A stretch of DNA of 64,000 bases from positions 992,001-1,056,000 of the forward strand of contig CAWIKF010000002.1 of assembly GCA_963836755.1 (NCBI GenBank), read 5' to 3'. The translations under genes and the position numbers were made by a program. This stretch comes from an uncultured Verrucomicrobiae bacterium. GTDB lineage: Bacteria; Verrucomicrobiota; Verrucomicrobiia; Chthoniobacterales; Chthoniobacteraceae. Positions 20,307 to 28,284 of the stretch are shown piece by piece. The notes beneath the pieces are model-generated. The model had not been told where the DNA came from. It saw only the letters and a list, made by a program, of their open reading frames with translations, and made no database searches. The stretch's first letter is position 1; every line of letters starts with the position of its first letter.

Positions 20307-20361
20307 GAAAAAGTTCGACGCACAGCGCGGCGACCGCGGCAAAAAAGCCGCGAGCCCTTGT

Positions 20362-20388
20362 TTAAATGCGCCAGTGCGAAAAAATCAC
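20362..20388 (-). promoter_or_regulatory. Putative leader peptide MIFSHWRI (His-Trp) of an attenuator
   Basis: GTG ATT TTT TCG CAC TGG CGC ATT TAA, preceded by promoter-like TTGCCG-N17-TACAGA. Confidence 0.55.
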
Positions 20389-20446
20389 GTGGCGTTCTGT
20401 AACGCCGCGCGCCGGCCGCGGCAAGTGGAAATTTTTCGCGCGAGCG

Positions 20447-21403
20447 CTAGAAAACAAGCGGCTGGCCCTCGGTCATGATCGAGACGCGATCCTCGATTCC
20501 ATGCGCGCGCGCGCAGGCGAGCAGGCGGGCGGGCGGTTCATCGAGCGGCTCGTAGCTCAGCCTAAAAGTTCCGTAATGCATCGGGATGAGCCGCTTTGCT
20601 TTCAGCTCAAAAAACGCGCGCACTGCTTCCTCAGGATTCATGTGGACTTCGCGCCCGCTCGGCGGGTCGTATGCGCCGATCGGCATCAGCGCGAGGTCGA
20701 TCTCGTGCCGCTCGCCGATTTCGTTGAAGCCGTCAAAGTAAGCGGTGTCGCCGCAATGAAAAATCGAGCGCCCGCCCGCCTCGATGACATATCCGCCGAA
20801 GCCGCGATGCGAATCGTGCAGCACGCGCGCGCCCCAATGATGCGCCGGCGTGAGCGTGATTTTCAGCGGCCCGTGCTGATAACTTTGCCAATAATCGAGT
20901 TCATGCACGCTGTGAAAACCGAGGTCGTGCACGAGATTACCGACTTCAAATGGGACGACGATCGGCTGCTGGTCGGCCACTTCGCGCAACGTCTTGCGAT
21001 CGAGATGATCGAAATGCGCGTGCGTCACGAGCACGAGATCGATCTGCGGCAGATCATGCAAATGCAGGCCGGGATGCTTCACGCGCTTGATGACTTTCAG
21101 CCACTTCGCCCAGTTCGGATCGATGAGGATATTCAGCCCGTGCGTTTGCAGAAGGAACGACGCGTGCCCGATCCACGTGAGACAAACCTGGCCGTCATTG
21201 ATCGGCGGAAAAAGCGCTTCCAAATGACTGCCGTGGCGCGGCGTGAAGAGCGATGGAATCAAAACCTGCGTCAAAAAATTCCGCTTGTGCCAGCCCTTCG
21301 CCGGCTTGAGCCCGATCTTTTTTCCGGCGTCGTCGGTCGCGCGCCGCGGCTTGGGCTTCGAGTCGATGGCGCTGTTTTCCGAGCTGCTGTTCCGGGCTTC
21401 CAC
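20447..21403 (-). CDS. MBL-fold metallo-hydrolase (NAPE-PLD-like)
   Basis: TWIGHASFL, THAHFDHLD, GDTAY, PIGAY, PMHYGTF; start uncertain (GTG 21403). Confidence 0.9.
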   Translation of the reverse strand: MEARNSSSENSAIDSKPKPRRATDDAGKKIGLKPAKGWHKRNFLTQVLIPSLFTPRHGSHLEALFPPINDGQVCLTWIGHASFLLQTHGLNILIDPNWAKWLKVIKRVKHPGLHLHDLPQIDLVLVTHAHFDHLDRKTLREVADQQPIVVPFEVGNLVHDLGFHSVHELDYWQSYQHGPLKITLTPAHHWGARVLHDSHRGFGGYVIEAGGRSIFHCGDTAYFDGFNEIGERHEIDLALMPIGAYDPPSGREVHMNPEEAVRAFFELKAKRLIPMHYGTFRLSYEPLDEPPARLLACARAHGIEDRVSIMTEGQPLVF

Positions 21404-21486
21404 GGCCAAAAAGTTTAACGCGCCGCTAAAATGGCGCAATGAATTAACGTTTCGCATCTATGCCGCGAGTTGCGTTTACTCGTGTG

Positions 21487-22030
21487 ATGATCGGCAAGCC
21501 GGAACTGCGCGGCGCGGTGCGCGAAAAACTGCGCGCAATATCCGTCGGCGAACTCGCGGAAAAATCGGCGAAAATCGCGCGCGCACATCCGCGCATTGCC
21601 GCAGTGGAAATCCGCGCGCATCGTCGCATTTTTCGCCGCACACACCGCCGAGCCCGATCTCGAGGAACTTTGGTCCGCAGCGGCGGGGAAAACAATTTGT
21701 TATCCAAGAGTGAACGGAGTGGAAATCGACTTGATCGCCGTTCCGAGTCCATCCGCGCTCGAAACTTCGCGCTGGCAATTGCGCGAACCGATGCACGACG
21801 AGACGAAAATCATCACTCCGGCGCAGCTCGATTTGATTTTCATTCCCGGCCTCGCCTTCTCGCGAACAGGCGCGCGGCTCGGGCGCGGCGGCGGGTTTTA
21901 CGATCGCCTGCTGGTCCGATGCCCATCCGCATTCAAGGTCGGCATTTGTTTCGAGGCGCAAATTTTTGACGACATCCCGCGCGACCCGCACGATCAGCGC
22001 GCGGACATCGTCACCACCGAATCCGGCTAA
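21487..22030 (+). CDS. ygfA: 5-formyltetrahydrofolate cyclo-ligase, frameshifted near 21577
   Basis: N-terminal MIGKPELRGAVREKL lies in one frame; DLIFIPGLAF..GARLGRGGGFYDR and HDQRADIVTTE lie in the +1 frame. Confidence 0.85.
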
Positions 22031-22404
22031 ACCGGCACGCGCATTTCAAACTGCGGGATGCGCACAACCACGATCTCGCCCGCGTCGCTGATGCCGATGA
22101 ATGCGCCCTCCGCGACGCTGTCGCTGCCGATCGTGTGGTAGCTGTTGTAGGAAAAATGTTCGCCCGGTTCAAGCCGTGGAAACTCGCCGACCACGCCGTC
22201 GCCGAGGAAAACATCCTGCCGTCCGTGCGCGTCGGTCACGATCCATTTGCGGCCGTTGATCGTCACCGTCTCCGCCGATTGGTTGTCGATCGTGATGAAA
22301 TAAACAAACGGATGCGGCTGCTCCGGCGTCGCCTGCAGATGCGGCATGTAAACCACTTTATCGATCCTGACGCGCAAATCCTCGAGCTCGCGAAAATCGG
22401 ACAT
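22027..22404 (-). CDS. apaG: ApaG domain protein
   Basis: FVYFITIDN, RKWIVTD, GDGVVGEFPRLEPGEHFSYNS. Confidence 0.9.
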   Translation of the reverse strand: MSDFRELEDLRVRIDKVVYMPHLQATPEQPHPFVYFITIDNQSAETVTINGRKWIVTDAHGRQDVFLGDGVVGEFPRLEPGEHFSYNSYHTIGSDSVAEGAFIGISDAGEIVVVRIPQFEMRVPV

Positions 22405-22484
22405 CGCCCGCAAAGTAAGCGCCGGCCGGTGCGTTGGCGAGTCTTCGCTGGCAATCGCGCCGCGCATTTCCGAGCATCAAAAGC

Positions 22485-23267
22485 GTGTCATCGCCGCCCG
22501 TAGCTCTCACCATCGCCGGCTCGGACAGCAGCGCGGGAGCCGGAGCGCAGGCGGACTTGAAAACTTTTTCCGCGCTCGGCGTTTACGGATTGACGGCGAT
22601 CACATGCGTCGTCGCGGAAGTGCCCGGCAAAGTCGGCGCGATCCAGCCGATCGACTCCGAGATCGTGGCGGAGCAAATCGCACTTTCATTCTCCGCGTTC
22701 CCCGTCGCAGCGGTGAAAACGGGAATGCTGCATTCGCGCGCGATTGCTGAAGTTGTTTGCGATGCGATGGAAAAAAATCCGCGCCCGCTGGTCGTCGATC
22801 CAGTCATGATCGCGACGAGCGGTGCATCGTTGCTGCAAACGGACGGCAGCGAAATTTTTACAGAGCGATTGTTTAAGCTCGCGGCAGTCGTCACTCCGAA
22901 TCTCGACGAAGCTGGCGCGCTACTCGGCCAGCCCGTGACGACGCTGGAGGAGATGCGCGATGCGGGGCGCGCGCTCGTGGAAAAATTCGGAAGCTCGTGG
23001 TTGTTGAAAGGCGGCCATCTTTCTGGCGCCTGCGCGACCGACCTTCTTTTTTCGGACGGAAAAATCGCCGAGTTTTCCGCGCCATTCGTTCCCGGAATTT
23101 CCACCCACGGCACCGGCTGCACGACCGCTGCGGCCATAGCGGCCGGCCTCGCGCGAGGGCTCGACCTGCGCGACGCCGTCGCTTCGGCAAAGGATTTCGT
23201 CACGCGCGCCATTGCGCAAAATTTGCGCTGGGGCGACACGCACGCGCTCAATCATTTTGCGTTTTAG
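22485..23267 (+). CDS. thiD: Hydroxymethylpyrimidine/phosphomethylpyrimidine kinase
   Basis: ALTIAGSDSSAGAG.QADLKTF, KTGML, VDPVM, TPN..EA, KGGH, THGTGCT. Confidence 0.95.
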   Translation: MSSPPVALTIAGSDSSAGAGAQADLKTFSALGVYGLTAITCVVAEVPGKVGAIQPIDSEIVAEQIALSFSAFPVAAVKTGMLHSRAIAEVVCDAMEKNPRPLVVDPVMIATSGASLLQTDGSEIFTERLFKLAAVVTPNLDEAGALLGQPVTTLEEMRDAGRALVEKFGSSWLLKGGHLSGACATDLLFSDGKIAEFSAPFVPGISTHGTGCTTAAAIAAGLARGLDLRDAVASAKDFVTRAIAQNLRWGDTHALNHFAF

Positions 23268-23294
23268 CAGCCGGTTTTTTACGCTGCGCGCCGC

Positions 23295-24566
23295 ATGAAA
23301 ATCCTCGTCCTCGGCAGCGGCGGGCGCGAGCACGCGCTGGCATGGAAAATCCGGCAGTCACCGCGCGTGAAAGAAATGTTTTGCGCGCCCGGCAACGCCG
23401 GCACCGCTCAGATCGCGAAAAATTTGACGATTCCCGTTTCCAATCACGCCGCGCTCGCTGACTTCGCGGTCACGGAAAAAATTGATCTCACTGTCGTCGG
23501 TCCGGACGACGCGCTGGCCGCGGGAATCGTTGATCATTTTCAACGGAAAGGGCTGCGCATTTTCGGCCCGACGCGCGAAGCGGCGCGGCTCGAGTCGTCG
23601 AAGATTTTCGCGAAGGAATTCATGCAGCGCCACGGCATTCCGACGGCGCGGTTTGGTCAATTTTCGTCCAGCGCAGATGCGTATCGCTTTTGTCAAACAA
23701 CGTCGTATCCGGTGGTGATCAAGGCTGACGGCCTCGCGCTTGGCAAAGGGGTGATCATCGCGGAAAATTTCGAAGCCGCTGCGAATGCGATCCATCGCCT
23801 CATGGACGCCGAAGCCTTTGGTGAAGCGGGGCGCCGGGTTGTGATCGAGGAATTTCTGAGCGGTCAGGAATGCTCGCTCCACGCGCTGGTCGACGGCTCG
23901 CATTACGCACTTTTTCCTTCCGCGCAGGATCACAAGCAGGTGTTCGACGGCGATCGCGGCCCGAACACCGGCGGCATGGGCACCTATTCTCCCGCGCCGA
24001 TTTTCACGCCGGAAATCCGCGCGCGTGTCTGCCGGGAAATCATGGAGCCGTTCATGCGCGGGCTCGCGGCGGATGGCATCAATTTTCGTGGCCTGATTTT
24101 TCCGGGGCTGATGCTGACGGCGGACGGGCCGAAGGTGCTCGAATTCAATTGCCGGTTCGGCGATCCGGAGACGCAGGTGCTTTTGCCCCGCTTGAAAAAT
24201 GACCTCGTCGATTTGCTGGACGCGACGATTGACGGGACGCTCGACCGGCAGGCGATGGAGTTCGATGAGCGCGCCGCCGTGTGTGTGGTGATGGCCTCCG
24301 GCGGCTATCCCGAAAAATATGAAACGGGTCTGGAAATCAGCGGACTCGAGCAATTCCTCGGATCGCGCGACGTGATGATTTTTCACGCGGGGACGCGGCA
24401 CGACAGCGATGAAACTTTGACGGCAGGAGGTCGTGTGCTCGGCGTCACGGCGCTGGGCGACGACATCCGCGAGGCGCAGGCGCGCGCGTATGCGGCGGTC
24501 GAGAAGATTCATTTTTCGGGCGCGCATTTCAGGCGCGACATTGCGGCGAAGGCGCTTGCGCAGTAG
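23295..24566 (+). CDS. purD: Phosphoribosylamine-glycine ligase
   Basis: GSGGREHAL, KADGLALGKGV, QDHK..FDGDRGPNTGGMG, EFNCRFGDPE. Confidence 0.97.
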   Translation: MKILVLGSGGREHALAWKIRQSPRVKEMFCAPGNAGTAQIAKNLTIPVSNHAALADFAVTEKIDLTVVGPDDALAAGIVDHFQRKGLRIFGPTREAARLESSKIFAKEFMQRHGIPTARFGQFSSSADAYRFCQTTSYPVVIKADGLALGKGVIIAENFEAAANAIHRLMDAEAFGEAGRRVVIEEFLSGQECSLHALVDGSHYALFPSAQDHKQVFDGDRGPNTGGMGTYSPAPIFTPEIRARVCREIMEPFMRGLAADGINFRGLIFPGLMLTADGPKVLEFNCRFGDPETQVLLPRLKNDLVDLLDATIDGTLDRQAMEFDERAAVCVVMASGGYPEKYETGLEISGLEQFLGSRDVMIFHAGTRHDSDETLTAGGRVLGVTALGDDIREAQARAYAAVEKIHFSGAHFRRDIAAKALAQ

Positions 24567-24577
24567 CTTCGCGCCTT

Positions 24578-25747
24578 ATGAAACGGTTCGCGCTTTTGCT
24601 TGCGCTCAGTTCCACCGCGCTTTTTGCGCAATCGCCGGCGCCAACGTTGCCGAGCGGCGGCCTGCCTCCGCCGGAAAAAGCGCCGTCGCAGAGCCCGGCA
24701 CCCGCGCCGAGCGAGACGCCCTCGCACGCTCCAGCGCCGGCCGCGACGCCAAAAAAATCGTCGCCAGCAAAAACCGATTCGCAGAATCCGATTGACGCGC
24801 TCACCGCCGCAGAAGTTCAACAGGCGTTAACGCTGTTGAAATCAAAGTTTGTCCACGCAGATCAGCTCACGGATGACGAGATGGAACGGGCGAAGCTCCA
24901 GGGTTTGATCGCGCGCTTGTCGCCCGGTGCGTCGATTTTAGTGTCAAAGCCGAATCCGGCGCCCAGCGTTTTTCATTCGGAAATGCCGACAAAAAACATC
25001 GGCTATCTGCGCCTCGGCAGTCTTTCCAAAACAAATCTCGATGAACTTTCATCCGCGTTAAAAAATTTGTCGCAAAGTTCCGTGAGCGCCGCGGTGCTCG
25101 ACTTGCGCGCGACGCCCGCGTCCAGCGATTACGAAGACGCGGCGGCGGTGCTCGAACATTTCTGCGCAAAAGGGAAAACGTTTTTTACGCTGGAAAAACC
25201 GGCGGAAAATTCGGCGCAAAAATTTGCCGCGAAAGGTGATCCGGATTTTTCCGGCGTGCTCGTGGTGCTCGTCGATCACGAAACGGCGGGCGCTGCGGAG
25301 GCGATCGCGGCGGTGCTGCGCGCACAAGCGCACGCGCTCATCGTCGGTGAAAAAACGCAGGGACAGGCGCTGGAATTTTCCGATCTGCCGCTGGAGGGCG
25401 GCGAGGTTTTGCGCGTGGCCCTGGCGGAGGTCGCGCTGCCGGACGGCGCGTCATTTTCACGCGAGGGGGTAAAGCCCGACATCACGGCGAGCACGCAATA
25501 TGAGCGCGCGGTTTTGGAGATGGAGCTGCAGCACGGGGTGCTGCCGATGGTCGCGGAAACGGCGCGGCCGCACATGAATGAAGCGGCGCTCGTGGCCGGC
25601 GCAAACCCGGAAATTGACGCCTTCGAAGCGGCGCAGCGCGAGAAGCCGACGCTCAAGCCGATGTTGCGTGACGTGCAGCTGCAGCGCGCGCTCGATCTGT
25701 TGACGACGATTCGCGTTTACGAAAAATCGTCGGCGGAGAAAAAATAA
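24578..25747 (+). CDS. Secreted S41 (CtpA/Prc-like) peptidase homolog lacking the catalytic Ser and Lys
   Basis: Signal peptide, Pro-rich linker, IGYLRL, VLDLR, GVKPDI, DVQLQRALDLL. TAGAAE replaces SASASE and TQGQA replaces TFGKG. Confidence 0.8.
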   Translation: MKRFALLLALSSTALFAQSPAPTLPSGGLPPPEKAPSQSPAPAPSETPSHAPAPAATPKKSSPAKTDSQNPIDALTAAEVQQALTLLKSKFVHADQLTDDEMERAKLQGLIARLSPGASILVSKPNPAPSVFHSEMPTKNIGYLRLGSLSKTNLDELSSALKNLSQSSVSAAVLDLRATPASSDYEDAAAVLEHFCAKGKTFFTLEKPAENSAQKFAAKGDPDFSGVLVVLVDHETAGAAEAIAAVLRAQAHALIVGEKTQGQALEFSDLPLEGGEVLRVALAEVALPDGASFSREGVKPDITASTQYERAVLEMELQHGVLPMVAETARPHMNEAALVAGANPEIDAFEAAQREKPTLKPMLRDVQLQRALDLLTTIRVYEKSSAEKK

Positions 25748-27095
25748 CTACGGTTTGGCGGAGGGCGATGCGCTGGGACTTCCGGAGGCGGATGGGCTCG
25801 CGGCTGCCGAGGGCGATGCGCTCGGCGATGGCGATGGAATGGGCGTTGGCGTCGGAACGGGCTTCGTCACATCGGCCCATGCGTGGAGCTCGCCCGTGTG
25901 GCCGCCGAGCTCGGTGAGGAGCTGATCGCAGCGCGCGCGCCATTTTTCGAGGTCGGGCGCGGCGAATGGTTTATCCGCGGAACCAGGAAAAACGAGATAG
26001 CTCACTTTGAGCGGACTGACCGGTCGATTGTCGGCGCTCGCGCGCGGGTTGATTTCTTTGCCGAGCCGCAGCGATGCCTCGCCGATTTTGTCGCGCGGGC
26101 CGACGTCGCCGATGACCGCGGGATACAAAACATTTTGATAAATGACGACGCAGTAGTCGCCGATGTGCGGCGCGAATGGCGAGTGATCCGCGCCGAGAAT
26201 CGAGCCGGGCAGCACGATGAATGGGTCGGCCGTGGCCACGAGGAAGCTGTTCGTTTTGAGCTGCCGGATCTCGTAGCGCAGCGCGCCGAGCTGGTCGCGG
26301 ATGTCACGGGTCGGCGATTTTCCAGCGGCGATTTCGAGCTGCTGCAAACGGGCTTCGCGCGCGGCGAGGAAGGGATTTGGCGCGGCGGTTTTCTTCGGCC
26401 ATTTGTAGCTCGTCATCGTCTGGAACGTCGGCGAATCGGCGTCGAGCGGCGCGATGCGGTCGCCATCGGAGCCGTCGGTATCGATGTCCATGTCGGCCTG
26501 GATGAATAGCGCGCGGCGCTGCGTGGTCGTCTGCAAAAGTTCCAGGATCGTCTCACAATCGTAAAAATTGTGTCGCGTGAGCAATTGGTCGAGTCGCGCG
26601 AGGTTTTGGCGCAATGCGGCAAGTTTCAACTGGTAAAAAGTCTCGAAAAACGGCGACACCTTCGCCGCGGAAATCAGCGCGGGGAGCGCGGGCAGCAGCT
26701 CCGGCAGCGCAGGGTTGAGCGCAGCTGATGTCGCTGAAGGCAGTGGTCGCCTTTGGCACGAGGATGCGGAGTTGCAGGTCGAGCTCGTAGCTCGACGGCG
26801 TGTCGCGCTCGGCGGTCGCACTTTTGCCGGGCTCGGTGACGAACGTGCTGCGCATCTGGATGCCGTTGAAAAGTTTTGAGGTCTCGATTCGCTTCTGCGG
26901 CACGTAGATCGACGGCGGCGTGGCGGGCGCGGCGGACGGGGTGGGAGAAGGTTTGGTGGGCGTCGCGCTTGCGGCAGGCGAGGCGGCTGGAGGGGATGGC
27001 GATGGCGACGGCTCCGTATCCACGTGGCGTGGCGGAGAACAGGCTGTTAACGCCGCGCAAACCAATGCCGGCAAAGTGCGCGCGCCGATTTTCAC
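25748..27095 (-). CDS. Lipoprotein with a GH75 (chitosanase-like) domain, frameshifted near 26725
   Basis: Lipobox LTAC and Pro/Ser linker in the 27095 frame; DMDIDTDG and GDVGP..KIGEAS GH75 motifs in the 26821 frame. Confidence 0.75.
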
Positions 27096-27149
27096 CGCGA
27101 AAAAAAGAGGAGGGAAGCCGCGCGACTGCCGCCAAAGTTTTTCAAGGCG

Positions 27150-27470
27150 CTATTTTCTTGTCCACGAAATCAGCGTGAGCGCGATGGACGCCGCGCTGAG
27201 AAGCGCCATCAGCCCGCCGGGCACGAGCGCTTTTTTGTGGATGAAATCGGGGATGAATTTTCCGGCGAGCAGCACCGAGACGATGATCGCGAGCAGCATC
27301 CCCGCTACCGGATGCACTCGCATCAGCACGCTCGCGACGATGAGGAGCACGCCGGAGACCGAGCCGGCGATCAGCGACGCGCGGCTCTTGGCGGAGACGA
27401 ATCCCATGACGCCGCCTGCAATCGTGAGCAGGCCGAACACCACGTAAAAGATCGGTAAAAGCTGACTCAT
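27150..27470 (-). CDS. TMEM14 family membrane protein
   Basis: GGVMGFVSAKSRASLIAG...KKALVPGGL motif. Confidence 0.85.
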   Translation of the reverse strand: MSQLLPIFYVVFGLLTIAGGVMGFVSAKSRASLIAGSVSGVLLIVASVLMRVHPVAGMLLAIIVSVLLAGKFIPDFIHKKALVPGGLMALLSAASIALTLISWTRK

Positions 27471-27564
27471 GGCGCTGGAGTTAAATCTAACGCGAGCGCA
27501 GTTACAACTTTTCCGTGGCGTTCCGGCCTGCCGGCGCGGCGCGGTTTTACGAGATCACGCCGGC

Positions 27565-27843
27565 CTACCGCTCTTCAAAATGGCCGGGAATCCAGACGTA
27601 ATGCCACTTGTGCCATTGGTAATGGCCTTCGACCCAGGCTCCGTGCTCATGGTAATCGCGGTCGTGGTGGTCGCGGTCGTGGTCGTGGTCATAGTCATGG
27701 TGATCACGATCATGGTCGTGATCATGGTCGTGATCATGGTCACGGCCGGACTGCACGACGATATCGAGGGCGCGCGCGGCCGACGGCGCGAAGCCGCCCC
27801 ATGCGATGAGTGCGGCTGTGGAGAGGATGAGACAACGTTTCAT
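27565..27843 (-). CDS. Small secreted Asp/His-rich protein with YXWGXW-type repeats
   Basis: Signal peptide, (DH)n tract, WVEGHYQW...YVWIPGHF. Confidence 0.75.
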   Translation of the reverse strand: MKRCLILSTAALIAWGGFAPSAARALDIVVQSGRDHDHDHDHDHDRDHHDYDHDHDRDHHDRDYHEHGAWVEGHYQWHKWHYVWIPGHFEER

Positions 27844-27925
27844 ACATTGGGAAATCGATCTGCGCACTGCGGTTGCGCGCAGCGAAGCTTTGCATCCGCC
27901 TTTCAAATTTCGTATCCCACGACGC

Positions 27926-28282
27926 ATGATGACCGTGCGAAATCTCGAGGCGCAGACGCCTTTCACCACCGCGGACGGCTCGACGATCCGCAGCATTCTC
28001 GACTCCACGAACGCCCCGGTCGCGCATCAAAGTCTCGCCGAGGCGCGCCTGCCCGCCGGCTCCGCCACACAGCGGCATCATCACAAGGCGAGCGAAGAGT
28101 TTTACTTCATCCTCGAGGGCGAGGGGACGATGGAGCTCGATGGCGAGACGCGTGAGGTCGGCCCGGGCGATGCGATTTTGATCCCACCGGGCGCGTGGCA
28201 CACGATCACCGCGCGCGCCGATCTGCGGCTGCTCTGCTGCTGCGCGCCGCCGTATTCGCACGACGACACGTTTTTTGCCTGA
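27926..28282 (+). CDS. Cupin domain protein
   Basis: HHHKASEEFYFILEGEG...GPGDAILIPPGAWH. Confidence 0.9.
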   Translation: MMTVRNLEAQTPFTTADGSTIRSILDSTNAPVAHQSLAEARLPAGSATQRHHHKASEEFYFILEGEGTMELDGETREVGPGDAILIPPGAWHTITARADLRLLCCCAPPYSHDDTFFA

Positions 28283-28284
28283 GG

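Noticed and set aside
24600..27010. Pro/Ser/Thr-rich repeats in secreted proteins as DNA repeat elements
   Set aside because: They are ordinary low-complexity linkers without a fixed nucleotide period.
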